Program-made: the position numbers and the translations under genes
Shown here: one piece after another, positions 37,661 through 48,062 of the stretch
Position numbering within the stretch: the stretch's first letter is position 1
How the letters are laid out: each line of letters opens with the position of its first letter
The notes under the pieces: generated by a model
Databases searched by the model: none
What the model saw: only the letters and a program-made list of their open reading frames with translations
Told to the model about the DNA's origin: nothing
Assembly: GCA_036845725.1 (NCBI GenBank)
Contig: DAIUDK010000004.1
Location: 519-64,518, forward strand
From: Chloroflexota bacterium
Lineage (GTDB): Bacteria > Chloroflexota > Anaerolineae > B4-G1 > SLSP01
Direction: 5' to 3'
Length of the DNA: 64,000 nucleotides

Positions 37661-40246
37661 ATGAACTTATCTCCGGGAATCGATATTTTACAACTTATCA
37701 CCTGGCTGTTTGCGCTGATCGAGCTGATCCTGGCGGGATATACGCTGGCGCTCAACGCCCGCCACAGCGCCAACCGCCACGTCAGCGTCTTGTTGGTGCT
37801 GCTGGCGATAAATAATATTGCCATGGGGCTGCTTGTCGCCGCCGACAGTGCCGATCAAGCGTATATGCCGACCTATTTGTTTGCCGCTATCGTGTATCCT
37901 ATTCTGCCCGCCGCAGTGCTCGCCGCCGTCGCGTTGCTCAAACCGGCCTGGCTGACGGGACGGTGGCGCTGGTTCTGGCGGATGTGTTATGTGGTCCTCG
38001 TGCTCCCGTTGCTGGTCACAGCGATAGACATCGGATTGGGGCAGCGATTGTGGTACCTGGGTCTCGATCCGAAGACCTATACCGGCGGCTATGTGCCGAT
38101 GAAGGAGTATGTATCTCCGGTACTGTACCCGGTGGTTATCTTCCTTCATGGCTTTGTTATGGGCTTGCTGCCACTCGTCCCTGCGATTGCTACACTACGT
38201 GACAAACAGGCTGTGGATGAACCTCTAGCCCTTGCTAGACGCCGGTGGGCGTGGATGATCGTCGGAGCCACACTCATCGCCGCCACCGTGCAGGCTGTTT
38301 TGACCGAGATGTTGAACCCTATGCTCAGGACGGCTCTCGTTTCCCTCATTTACGCGGGTGTCTACGTATACATCGCCCTGGCGCAAATGTTTATGGAACG
38401 GCGCCTGCAACGCGGATTGTTACGCCACCGGCTGACCGCGTTGTTTCTGGCCATCGCGATGCCTGTGATGCTCCTTAGCGTGACGTTGGTGGGCTTGCAG
38501 GCGCGTACGCTGCTGCAACGCAGCGCCACACGACGTCTGAGCGCAATCGCCCACCTGCTGGCCAATGGGGTCAATTTGCAGGACGAACTGACAACACAGA
38601 CCCTGCAGGAATTGCTGCGCATGGCGGTGGTCGAATTGGGGGATACCGGCCAAATCTACGTTGTGGATCAGAACGATCGCGCAGTGGTGCATACGGACAT
38701 GGACTTCACGTTAGTTGCTGAGGACAGCGTTATGCGCGATTTCAGCCAGCAAGCGCCGGTCCAGGCGTTGCGTCGTGGACAGGCTAACCGGCTGCTCATT
38801 TTCACCGATAAGGAAGATATCCATTGGTGGGCGTATACGACGGGTATTGGGGGTCAGGGCTGGGCCGCTGTGGTCCAGCAGCATGAAACCGTCGTGGCAC
38901 AGGATATGCAGCGTTTTATGACATTGTCGTGGGTGATTATCGCTATTGGTGCAGCCCTCCTGTTTGTTGTGGGATTCCTCACCATCCAACAGGCTTTGCT
39001 GCCGATTGTATCTTTGACCGAGACCGCCAAGGCCATCGCCGCCGGCGACTCGACCCGCGTGGCCGTTGTCGAGAGTGAGGACGAAATCGGCATGCTGGCA
39101 GAGGCATTCACCGCAGTGACGGGGCGGTTGAATGAGTTGATCGGCAATCTGGAGACGCGGGTGGCCGAGCGCACGCAGGAGGTCGAGCGTCGTGCTGAAT
39201 ATCTGGCGACGACCGGCGGTCTCAGTCGGGTGGTAGCGTCGATTTTGGATGTGGAAACGTTGCTCGACCGTGTGGCGCATCTCATTTCAGAGCGGTTTGG
39301 CTTCTATCACACCGGCATCTTCTTGATCGACGGTGCTCGTGAGTGGGCCGTGCTGCACGCGGCCTCTTCGGAGGGGGGCATGCGTATGCTGGCGCGCGGA
39401 CATCGCCTGCGGGTCGGAGAGCAGGGCATCGTGGGGTACGTCTCAGGCTCGGGCCGCGCGCGCATCGCGCTAGACGTCGATGCGGATGTGGTGTGGGTGC
39501 GGAATCCCGACTTGCCCGACACACGCTCGGAAATGGCGCTCCCGTTGATCTTTGGGCAGGAGATTATCGGCGTGCTCGACGTGCAGAGTGAAGTTGAAGC
39601 GGCGTTTGGTCCTGAAGACATCGCCACGCTGCGCATCCTGGCTGACCAGATAGCAGTCGCGCTGCGCAACGCGCAGTTGTTCGCCGAAAGCCAGCGAATG
39701 TTGCGCGAACTACAGCGTTCGTATGATGAGGAAATCCAGCAGGGTTGGGCGCTGCGCGCGTCGCCCGTTGTTGGCTATCGCTACAGGCCCTCAGATGTTG
39801 CGCCGCTGACACGCGCCGCTGTGCCCCCGGCAGACGCAAGTGCGCTGGCAGCCTCGGCGCCTTACGTGGATGCGACCAATACGCTCTGCGCGCCGCTGCA
39901 ACTGGTCGGCGGTCAGAACTTCGGCCTGTTGCGTCTCTCTCGCGATCCGGCGCAGCCGTGGACCAGCTACGATGTGACGTTTGTATCGCGCGCTGTGCAG
40001 GACATCGCGCAGGCGCTGGAAGTAGCCCGGTTGCTTGAGGATAGCCGCCTGCGTGCGTTACGCGAGGCGCAAGTTGGCGAAATCGCGGACCTGTTTACGC
40101 GTGCGTTGGACGTCGATACGATTTTGCAAACTGCCGTGCGCGAATTGGGACGGTTGTCCGGCGTCGCCGAAGTCGCCGTACATCTCGACTTCCCTGAATC
40201 ACTTTCAGAGTTGGGCGCGACGGAGCGCACATTCCGGCCGGCATAG
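37661..40246 (+). CDS. Kinase-less receptor 3: 7TM (HisKA_7TM-like), Cache, HAMP, GAF, C-terminal module
   Basis: LNARHSANRHVS N-terminus; SEDEIGMLAEAF HAMP; ERFGFYHTGIFL...NPDLPDTRSEMALPL GAF; ends LDVDTILQTAVRELGRLSGVAEVAVHL. ORF is open from TTG 37655. Confidence 0.85.
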   Translation: MNLSPGIDILQLITWLFALIELILAGYTLALNARHSANRHVSVLLVLLAINNIAMGLLVAADSADQAYMPTYLFAAIVYPILPAAVLAAVALLKPAWLTGRWRWFWRMCYVVLVLPLLVTAIDIGLGQRLWYLGLDPKTYTGGYVPMKEYVSPVLYPVVIFLHGFVMGLLPLVPAIATLRDKQAVDEPLALARRRWAWMIVGATLIAATVQAVLTEMLNPMLRTALVSLIYAGVYVYIALAQMFMERRLQRGLLRHRLTALFLAIAMPVMLLSVTLVGLQARTLLQRSATRRLSAIAHLLANGVNLQDELTTQTLQELLRMAVVELGDTGQIYVVDQNDRAVVHTDMDFTLVAEDSVMRDFSQQAPVQALRRGQANRLLIFTDKEDIHWWAYTTGIGGQGWAAVVQQHETVVAQDMQRFMTLSWVIIAIGAALLFVVGFLTIQQALLPIVSLTETAKAIAAGDSTRVAVVESEDEIGMLAEAFTAVTGRLNELIGNLETRVAERTQEVERRAEYLATTGGLSRVVASILDVETLLDRVAHLISERFGFYHTGIFLIDGAREWAVLHAASSEGGMRMLARGHRLRVGEQGIVGYVSGSGRARIALDVDADVVWVRNPDLPDTRSEMALPLIFGQEIIGVLDVQSEVEAAFGPEDIATLRILADQIAVALRNAQLFAESQRMLRELQRSYDEEIQQGWALRASPVVGYRYRPSDVAPLTRAAVPPADASALAASAPYVDATNTLCAPLQLVGGQNFGLLRLSRDPAQPWTSYDVTFVSRAVQDIAQALEVARLLEDSRLRALREAQVGEIADLFTRALDVDTILQTAVRELGRLSGVAEVAVHLDFPESLSELGATERTFRPA

Positions 40247-40261
40247 CGTGGAGATATCATT

Positions 40262-42352
40262 ATGAACGATGACGAAGGGCAAGTGCTTACTCACAAAACT
40301 TCTACCTACCAGAAAGTTCGACCGGCTATAGGGATCGTGACCCATCGGATTTCCGGTGCGACGGCCTGGTGGCTCGGCGCAGCAGAGATGGCGCGGCAGC
40401 AGAACGCTGATGTGTTTATCCTGAATGCTGGCAATGTGGGTGCGGAGGGCGGCATCGCGGATGACCTCCCCGATGCAGTGCATCATCTGATCGATCCGGA
40501 GCGCCTCGACGGGCTGGTTTTGGTGCAATGGTGGCCCAGCCGCCAGATTTTTGAAACCTTCTACAATCGCTATTACCGTCCCTTGCCGGTGGTGAATCTG
40601 CACCGTAACTACGAAGGCTATCCCGGCGTTACGGTGGACAACTATCAAAGCATGATGACTCTGTTACGCCATCTGATCGAGGTGCATGGATACCGCCGCC
40701 TGGCCTTCATCGCTGGACCGCCAGATAATCCCTCTGCCGACATCCGGTATGCGGCCTATGTTGCGGTGTTGGCAGAATACAACATTCCCCTGGACGAAAA
40801 CCTGGTTCTCCCTGGGGATTTCTCGTCGCCAGCCGGCGCCAACGCTGTGCGCATGCTGCTGGATGAGCGCGGCATGCAGCCCACACGTGATTTTCAAGCC
40901 ATCGTCGCCGCGAATGACTATATGGCGTTGGCAGCGCTGGAGGAGTTGCATCGACGGGAGATTCGCGTGCCCCTGGATGTAGCGTTGGTGGGATTCGATG
41001 ATGTGGGCGAGGGCGCTTATACGATGCCGTCTGTTACCACCGTGCGTATGCCTAACTTTGCAATGGGCCGCATGGCAACTCAGACCTTGCTGGCAGTCAT
41101 CAAAGAGCAGCCAGTTGGCGATTATGTGATGGTGCCTGGCGAATTGGTGCTGCGCCAATCGTGTGGCTGTTTCGTGTCTCCGCTGGCCGATGTCGGTGAG
41201 GCGGCCCAGTTGCTTGGGCCTGGCGGCCCGCCCGCAGGTATGGCTGGCGGCCCGCCCGCAGGTATGGCCGGTGGTCCGCCCGCAGGTATGGCCGGTGGTC
41301 CGCCCGCTGTGCCTTCACCGGAACAACGTATGCGCGCTATCACCGAATTATCGAAGAGCGTGGAACCGGCAGGGCAAGTCCTTGGCGCTGATTGGGCTTC
41401 GAACATGGTTGAGGCCTTTACTACGGTGATCGCCGCCTCTCCGGATGACTCGAAAGCCCCAACTATGCGATTATTAGGTGAGCTTTACGAAATCCTGCGA
41501 CAATTGCACCTCAATGGCTACGATTTGCTTGCACTGGGGCGGAAAATCCTCTTCGTGCTGCGTCGTACGATGCAACCCACGTTGACCGGGATGCAACAGA
41601 TGCGACGCGCTGAATCTGTGTGGCAACAGGCAATGGCTTTTGTCACCGACGTAGCCCATCAAATGCAGTTCTCACAACAGTATTATGGTGCGAGTTACAT
41701 CGACCAGTTGCGCGTCATTGGTGAGCGCTTGATCACAACCTTTGAGTTGACCGGATTGCTTGATCTGATTGCGCGTGAATTGCCACGTTTGAATATTCCC
41801 GGTGTCTATATTGCGCTGTACACGGATTCCACACGACAACTCGCGCGGCTTGTGCTGGCCACAAATACAGATGGCCGCAATCCCCAGGGCGTTGAAGGTC
41901 AGGTTTTTCACGCGCGCCAACTGCTGCCAGATAGCTTGTTCGCACATACTCAGCCTACAGTGCGGCTGGTTGTCCCGCTGTACTTTCAGGAAACAGCCCT
42001 GGGTTTTACCCTTTTCGAGGTCGGGCCAGAGCAGGGCGAGATCTATGAAACGCTTGGACGCCAGATCAGCAGTGCGCTGATGGGAGCGTTGTTGGTGCAG
42101 CAGCAGGAGGAAGCGCAGCAGGATGCTGACATCGCGCGCCAGCGAGCGCAGGCAGCTTTGAGTGACCTGTTGACCACGCGCGCGATCAGTGACCGTGTAC
42201 GTCAGGCGACGGATACCGAGGCAATCCTGCGGCTGACGCTCGAATCGTTGAATCAGGCGCTCGGGGCCTCGGTCGGGATGGCGCGTTTGGGGACGCGTGA
42301 GCAACTGCTGGAAATAGCCGGCATCGCGCAGGGTGATGCCAGGTCGAGCTAG
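40262..42352 (+). CDS. Kinase-less receptor 4: HTH-less LacI-type ligand-binding domain, helical region, degenerate GAF, terminal half-GAF segment
   Basis: VDNY..M...HLIEVHGYRRLAFI, AANDYMA, VALVGFDD, LRQSCGC; ends AISDRVRQATDTEAILRLTLESLNQALG. Confidence 0.85.
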   Translation: MNDDEGQVLTHKTSTYQKVRPAIGIVTHRISGATAWWLGAAEMARQQNADVFILNAGNVGAEGGIADDLPDAVHHLIDPERLDGLVLVQWWPSRQIFETFYNRYYRPLPVVNLHRNYEGYPGVTVDNYQSMMTLLRHLIEVHGYRRLAFIAGPPDNPSADIRYAAYVAVLAEYNIPLDENLVLPGDFSSPAGANAVRMLLDERGMQPTRDFQAIVAANDYMALAALEELHRREIRVPLDVALVGFDDVGEGAYTMPSVTTVRMPNFAMGRMATQTLLAVIKEQPVGDYVMVPGELVLRQSCGCFVSPLADVGEAAQLLGPGGPPAGMAGGPPAGMAGGPPAGMAGGPPAVPSPEQRMRAITELSKSVEPAGQVLGADWASNMVEAFTTVIAASPDDSKAPTMRLLGELYEILRQLHLNGYDLLALGRKILFVLRRTMQPTLTGMQQMRRAESVWQQAMAFVTDVAHQMQFSQQYYGASYIDQLRVIGERLITTFELTGLLDLIARELPRLNIPGVYIALYTDSTRQLARLVLATNTDGRNPQGVEGQVFHARQLLPDSLFAHTQPTVRLVVPLYFQETALGFTLFEVGPEQGEIYETLGRQISSALMGALLVQQQEEAQQDADIARQRAQAALSDLLTTRAISDRVRQATDTEAILRLTLESLNQALGASVGMARLGTREQLLEIAGIAQGDARSS
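41222..41308 (+). repeat. 24-bp in-frame tandem repeat encoding GGPPAGMA x3.6
   Basis: gg(c/t)gg(c/t)ccgcccgcaggtatggc(t/c) at 41222, 41246 and 41270, partial at 41294. Confidence 0.9.
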
Positions 42353-42360
42353 GAGCAACT

Positions 42361-45300
42361 ATGGGCCGTCAGAAAAGAACACGCGAAATATCTTCTCCTG
42401 ACACCGCACGTGAGACGGACGCGCGTCCAGAGGCGAAGCGGCGTCCCACGATCGGACTGTTGGTTGGGGAAACCAATTCCTGGTGGGGGCAGTCGCTGTT
42501 GCAGGGTGTGACCGACGCAGCTGAAATGTTCGACGTTGACCTGATATGTTATGTGATCAGCTCACTGCGGGAGAAAGATGTCCCGCGTGGCAACGCGATC
42601 TACGCCTTAGTGAATGCCGATCTCCTGGATGGCGCTATTATCTCCGGTAACATTGCCTATGCGGTAAGACCTGATACATTTAGCGACTATGTCGATAGTC
42701 TGCGAACCACCATTCCTCTTATTGGGGTTGTGATGGCGCATGAGGGTGTGCCTTCGGTCCTGGTCGATGGCTACAGCGGCATGTATGATAACATCAAGCA
42801 CTTGATTGAAGTGCACGGCTGTCGTCGGTTAGCTTTTATTCGCGGTCCAGTAGGCAACTTCGACGCGGATGAACGTTATCGCGCCTATACCACGCTGCTC
42901 GAGGAATACGGGATCCCGTATAGCCCGGATTTTGTTGAGGTGAGCAACTTCTCTGCCGGTCGGACGGCGATGGAAACCTTGTGGGCGCGGATACAGGCTG
43001 TCCCGCGTGACGCGGAGGATACCTCGCCCTGGGCTGTTATCGCTGCCAACGACGATATGGCGGTACAGGCGATGACATTGCTGCGGGAGTACGACGTGCG
43101 TGTTCCCGAGGACATCATCGTCGTGGGGTTTGATGATTCCGTTGCCGCGCAGAACCTGGACGTTCCACTGACGACCGTGCGACAGCCGACTCAAGAGATT
43201 GGCCAGCGGGCCATGCAGATGGTGTTACAGCTTTTGCGGGGTGAACCGGTCGAAGAAATCGCGGAGGTGCCGGCGGAGTTGGTTGTGCGCCGGTCATGTG
43301 GTTGTCTGCCGGGGGCAGTGACGCAGATCCCCGTCGAGGCGCAGATCGAACTCATCGATAAACCCCTACCGGCTTTCCCTGGCGTCCCCGCGCCGATGTG
43401 GGAGGCGTTTCTTGCTGGTGTAAGAGGCTCGTCGGCTGACAATTTTCTGATACTTCTCGATCAAGCCCTGCGTGAAGCACGTAACACGGAGGGGCGCATC
43501 ACCAACTGGCATCACCTCCTCACCGAAATGCGCCGCCACACACTCACTTACCTGGGCGATCTCACTGCGCGCCATCGGGCTGAGGACTTGCTGCAACAGG
43601 CACGTTTGCTGGTAGGAGACGCAGAGCGGCGTCAGGAAGCATACCGGCGACAACTCATTCAACAACAGGAAACACTTCTAGGTCAGATCGACAACACCTT
43701 GAGCACCATTTTGCATTTGCAAGAGCTGGCGTTAGCCTTGAATGGGTTATTCCCGCGCATCGGCATTGATTGTTGTTTCGTGTCGTTGTATGAAAACGAA
43801 GACCCTCTGGCGGAAAATGCGCGCCTGCTATTCGAATATGATATTTATCGTCCCGGTGACAGCCCGAAGGTTGAACTCCATACGGAAAGTCCGTGGTTCT
43901 CTCCCCCGCAGTTGATTCCACGGCAAACCCTGTTCGAGGAACGCCGGCGAACCGTTCTGGTGCTACCGCTTACCTTGCAGACACACCAACTTGGCTTTGC
44001 GGTGGTGTGGGGGGGGCAGTATTGGCGACTCTACACCCGCCTGACGCAGCGTTTGAGTGACGTGATCTTCCGGGCGCTGCTGGCACTCGAACAAGAGCGC
44101 GCGCAGCGCGAAGCACAGGCCGCCGAACGCCGCGCAGAAGAGGCACTGCGGGATGTTCTGGTGGCGCAACGGCGCTACATCCAAGGCGCATGGCAAGAAC
44201 GTGCCGGGCTTGTGCCGGGGTTTGAATACTCTGACGAGAAGCGTGGCATCAGCGACACGGTTTGGATTCCCGAAATGGGCGTAGCTGTTCAACGGGGCGA
44301 TGTGGTGTTGGAACACGACCTTGATGGCGGGCAAACAATGGCCGTGCCGGTTATGCTGTATGGTGAGGAAATCGTCGGCGCTCTGGCTTTCAAGACCACG
44401 GATGCCATGCCCTGGACCGAGGATCACGTTACACTAGTGCGTACCATCGCTACGGAAATGGCCCTGGCGCTGGAGACACAGCGTCTGTTCTCGGACGTCC
44501 AGCGGCGCGCTTCGCGGCTCTTGGCGGCGGCGGAAATCTCGCGGGTAACGACGTCCATTCTCACGTTGGATGAACTGCTGCCGCAGGCTGTTGATTTGAT
44601 CCGCGAACGGTTCGACTTGTACTACGCCGGTATTTTCCTGGCCGACGACAGCCAGCGCTGGGCCATCCTGCGCGCCGGCACTGGCGAGGCCGGACGTGTG
44701 ATGCTGGCACGCAATCACCGGCTCGAAGTTGGCGGTAGTTCGATGATCGGCATGTGCGTGTCTCAAGGTGAGGCCCACATCACGTTCGATACCCGGCATG
44801 AAGCCCTGTACCGCCGGAATCCCTTGTTGCCGGATACCCGGTCGGAATTGGCACTGCCCCTGTTCAGCCGGGGCCGCGTGATTGGCGCAATGACCATCCA
44901 GGATACGCGACCGGGCGCTTTCACGCAGGAGGACATCACTACGCTCCAGACTATGGCCGACCAGCTTGCCAACGCGATTGAGAACGCCCGGCTACTGCGC
45001 CGTATGGAACAAGGTATGCACGAACTCGAACTGGCGACTGGGCAACTGACCCAGGAGTCTTGGCGGAATTTCCTCGAGAACTATCGTCAGTCCTTTGGCT
45101 ATCGCTATCGCCTCGTCGATGTGGAACCGGTAACCGATCCGTCGCCCGAGGCTCAGGTCGCTCTTCAACAACAAAAAACCGTTGCCACGACCGTCAGGCT
45201 GTCACCCACTGTAGAGGTCGACGAAGAGACTGGCCGGGTGCAGGGCGTGTTGAGTGTCCCTATCCGCGTGCGTAACGAGGTGCTCGGCGTGCTTAACTTG

Positions 45301-45603
45301 CGGTTTGATGAACCACAGGTTCCTGCAGAAGCCGTTGAACTGGTGGAACAGGTCGCAGCCCGTCTGGGGGCAGCATTGGAAAGCGCCCGCCTGTTGGAGG
45401 AATCGCGCCGTACCGCTACCCGTGAGCAGATTGCGGCCCAGGCCATCAGCGGGATGCGCGAGCGTCTGGACGTCGAGGCGGTGCTGCGGAACGCTGCGCG
45501 GGAACTGCGTGATGCGCTCGATCTGGCGCGGGTGTCGGTACGTCTCGCGCCGCGTTTCGAATCCGCCGATAAGCCGGGGAACGGCGACGCGCCCGTTGTG
45601 TAA
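42361..45603 (+). CDS. Kinase-less receptor 5: LacI-type domain, degenerate GAF, module, GAF, module
   Basis: RPTIGLL, AANDDMA, VRRSCGC; ERFDLYYAGIFL GAF; ends LDVEAVLRNAARELRDALDLARVSVRL. Confidence 0.87.
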   Translation: MGRQKRTREISSPDTARETDARPEAKRRPTIGLLVGETNSWWGQSLLQGVTDAAEMFDVDLICYVISSLREKDVPRGNAIYALVNADLLDGAIISGNIAYAVRPDTFSDYVDSLRTTIPLIGVVMAHEGVPSVLVDGYSGMYDNIKHLIEVHGCRRLAFIRGPVGNFDADERYRAYTTLLEEYGIPYSPDFVEVSNFSAGRTAMETLWARIQAVPRDAEDTSPWAVIAANDDMAVQAMTLLREYDVRVPEDIIVVGFDDSVAAQNLDVPLTTVRQPTQEIGQRAMQMVLQLLRGEPVEEIAEVPAELVVRRSCGCLPGAVTQIPVEAQIELIDKPLPAFPGVPAPMWEAFLAGVRGSSADNFLILLDQALREARNTEGRITNWHHLLTEMRRHTLTYLGDLTARHRAEDLLQQARLLVGDAERRQEAYRRQLIQQQETLLGQIDNTLSTILHLQELALALNGLFPRIGIDCCFVSLYENEDPLAENARLLFEYDIYRPGDSPKVELHTESPWFSPPQLIPRQTLFEERRRTVLVLPLTLQTHQLGFAVVWGGQYWRLYTRLTQRLSDVIFRALLALEQERAQREAQAAERRAEEALRDVLVAQRRYIQGAWQERAGLVPGFEYSDEKRGISDTVWIPEMGVAVQRGDVVLEHDLDGGQTMAVPVMLYGEEIVGALAFKTTDAMPWTEDHVTLVRTIATEMALALETQRLFSDVQRRASRLLAAAEISRVTTSILTLDELLPQAVDLIRERFDLYYAGIFLADDSQRWAILRAGTGEAGRVMLARNHRLEVGGSSMIGMCVSQGEAHITFDTRHEALYRRNPLLPDTRSELALPLFSRGRVIGAMTIQDTRPGAFTQEDITTLQTMADQLANAIENARLLRRMEQGMHELELATGQLTQESWRNFLENYRQSFGYRYRLVDVEPVTDPSPEAQVALQQQKTVATTVRLSPTVEVDEETGRVQGVLSVPIRVRNEVLGVLNLRFDEPQVPAEAVELVEQVAARLGAALESARLLEESRRTATREQIAAQAISGMRERLDVEAVLRNAARELRDALDLARVSVRLAPRFESADKPGNGDAPVV

Positions 45604-45683
45604 TGGCAGGAGAAGTTCGTAGGGTGAAGTATGAGGCGCAATGGATACGTTCGGCTCGTTGAGAATCGTTCGAAGGACAGAAA

Positions 45684-48062
45684 ATGATGACTGGCTTAAC
45701 TGCGCTACTCAAATTTAGAGAATGGCCCATTTTCTACAAGATCATGGTGTCGATCATGATCGTTGTGGCGTTGACGCTGGGGATTGCGACCTTTGTCCAT
45801 GCCGGTATATTGCGTGCCCGTGTGCAGGAGGAGGTCGGCGCCAAAGTGGTTGCCCTGGCGGATGGCCGGGTGGGATATATCGCCGATGCTCTGATTGAAA
45901 AACTCGCGTTGCTGCGGACGATGGCATTGGACGCTTCGTTGATCCTTGAGACGCAACTGGCCAATGGGAACTACAGCGGTAACGCGGCAGAAATTGAAAG
46001 TGCGTTGCTGGAGATCGACAGCCAGTGGCTCGTTACTCCTGATGACGACGAGCTGATCCAGACCAACATCAATCCGGGACTGAACCGGGCGGCTGCCCGG
46101 TTGGTGGCCTATGCCAGGACATCACCCGCTCACGCTGAAATCTTCATCACCGATCGCTATGGGGGCCTGGTTGCCGCAACCCGGCGGGTTAGCGACTATT
46201 ACCAGGCCGATGAGGCGTGGTGGCAGGCTGCTTACGACAGTGGGCTGGGCGCGTTCCACATTGGCCAGCCCGTGTATGATGAAAGTGCCGGGTACGTCGC
46301 TATCCCTGTGGCAGTGCCGGTTCGCTCACTCTTGGATGGTAAGGCAGTAGGTGTTTTGCGCTCCACGGTGAACATTGATTTCCTTTCTACTGCTTTCCAG
46401 ACGTTGGGCGAGGGGCAGATGGGTGTAACACTGGTCGACGAAGAAGGCATGATCCTGGCTGACTCGAACTCGCAGCATGTGGGGCAGACCGTGTCCTCAG
46501 CGTGGCTGGCAGACCTTACCCGTGTCGGTGCACTATGGTTCGAAGGTCGCGACACAGACGGGAAAAGAGTGGTGATTGGCCGGGCGGCTCTCGATGATGC
46601 GTTAATCTCCGAGGCCTCTATCGCCCAGGCCATTCATCGCCTGAACTGGTACCTGTTTGTCTATCAGCCGCAAACCGAAGCCTACACCCGCATTCGTGGC
46701 GGTACCTGGACTATGGCAGGTATGTTGGCGTTGCTCCTCCTCCTGGCGGCAGCAACGGCGTGGTGGTTGGCGCGATCTCTGAGTGCGCCACTCGTCAAAC
46801 TCCGCACGGGGATGCGCCGTTGGCTGGATGGCGACCGGACTCAACGTGTCCAAAGCCACTGGCCCGATGAAATCGGTGAGTTGGCCGAAGCGTTCAATGC
46901 GATGGCGGCGAATATCCAGGAACTGGACGAAGTGTTATCTCGGCGTGACAGCGAACGTGAACGCGAGGGGCGGCGCCGTACCCGCGAATTGGAGGCCACG
47001 ACCTCGGTTGGCGAGATCGCCTCCGTCGCGGCGGATGTGACATCGTTGGCGCAGAGCGTGGTGGACCTCTTGCGTGAGCGGTTCGACCTGTATTATGCCG
47101 GTTTGTTCTTGTTGGATGACGCCGGCAAGTGGTTGGTGCTCCATGCCGGTTCGGGTGAGCCTGCTCCGGCCATGATGGCGCAGGATTATCGGGCGGCCGT
47201 GGGCGAGAGGGTCGTCGGGCGTTGCGTGGCTGAAGAGAAACCGATCCTGGTGCGAGACACCGACGCCGACAGTGCGCGCCTGTTCGACCGGCTCCGGCTG
47301 CCTGCGACATCTGCCGCGGTGGCGATGCCGCTGCGCTCGCGCGGGCAGATCTTTGGCGCGATAGAGGTTCACAGTGATCAGGCTGATGGGTTGGATGCTG
47401 AAAGCGCCGTGGTGTTGCAGACGATTGCCGATCAGGTGGCAGTCGCCATCGACAGCGTGCGATTGTACGCCGAGCGCCAGGAGGCGATGGAGAGCCTCCA
47501 GCGTTCGTATGGCGCAGTGACGCGTGAGGCATGGGAGGCCCTGTTATCGGGACGCGCAGCCGGGTTGGAAGGTTATCAGGCAGAAACTCGGTACATCATG
47601 CCGTTGCCAGTAGCGCCTCCAGAGACGTGGCATCCTGCTGCACGCGTGGCCTGGTCCGAAGGACGTGTGGTGGTGGACGAAACTGCCGACGATCGAGCGC
47701 CTGATGGCGCGGCACCTTCCCTGGCGCTGCCCATCCGTCTGCGCGATGAAGTGCTTGGCGTCGTTGATGTGAGCAAGCGCGGGGATGCCGGCGAATGGAA
47801 GCCGGACGAGATTGCCCAGTTGGAACAGTTGGTCGGGCAGCTTGGTCTAACGTTGGAGGTTTCCCGCTTTTACCAGGAGTCACGGCGCGCGGCAGCGCAC
47901 GAGCAGCTCTTGCGCGAGGTCTCGGAGCGCATTCGTGCGGCCGTCGATGTCGACACGGTGATGCGCATCGCGGTCCAGGAAGTCGGGGAGGTGTTGAAAC
48001 GCCCAGTCTTTGTCTACCTGGAGAATAAGGCCGACGATAAGGGGAGAAACATCGATGAATAA
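45684..48062 (+). CDS. Kinase-less receptor 6: TM, dCache, TM, HAMP, GAF, C-terminal module
   Basis: EIFITDRYG...DYYQADEAWW...GQPVYD Cache; DEIGELAEAFN HAMP; ERFDLYYAGLFL GAF; ends VDVDTVMRIAVQEVGEVL. Confidence 0.87.
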   Translation: MMTGLTALLKFREWPIFYKIMVSIMIVVALTLGIATFVHAGILRARVQEEVGAKVVALADGRVGYIADALIEKLALLRTMALDASLILETQLANGNYSGNAAEIESALLEIDSQWLVTPDDDELIQTNINPGLNRAAARLVAYARTSPAHAEIFITDRYGGLVAATRRVSDYYQADEAWWQAAYDSGLGAFHIGQPVYDESAGYVAIPVAVPVRSLLDGKAVGVLRSTVNIDFLSTAFQTLGEGQMGVTLVDEEGMILADSNSQHVGQTVSSAWLADLTRVGALWFEGRDTDGKRVVIGRAALDDALISEASIAQAIHRLNWYLFVYQPQTEAYTRIRGGTWTMAGMLALLLLLAAATAWWLARSLSAPLVKLRTGMRRWLDGDRTQRVQSHWPDEIGELAEAFNAMAANIQELDEVLSRRDSEREREGRRRTRELEATTSVGEIASVAADVTSLAQSVVDLLRERFDLYYAGLFLLDDAGKWLVLHAGSGEPAPAMMAQDYRAAVGERVVGRCVAEEKPILVRDTDADSARLFDRLRLPATSAAVAMPLRSRGQIFGAIEVHSDQADGLDAESAVVLQTIADQVAVAIDSVRLYAERQEAMESLQRSYGAVTREAWEALLSGRAAGLEGYQAETRYIMPLPVAPPETWHPAARVAWSEGRVVVDETADDRAPDGAAPSLALPIRLRDEVLGVVDVSKRGDAGEWKPDEIAQLEQLVGQLGLTLEVSRFYQESRRAAAHEQLLREVSERIRAAVDVDTVMRIAVQEVGEVLKRPVFVYLENKADDKGRNIDE

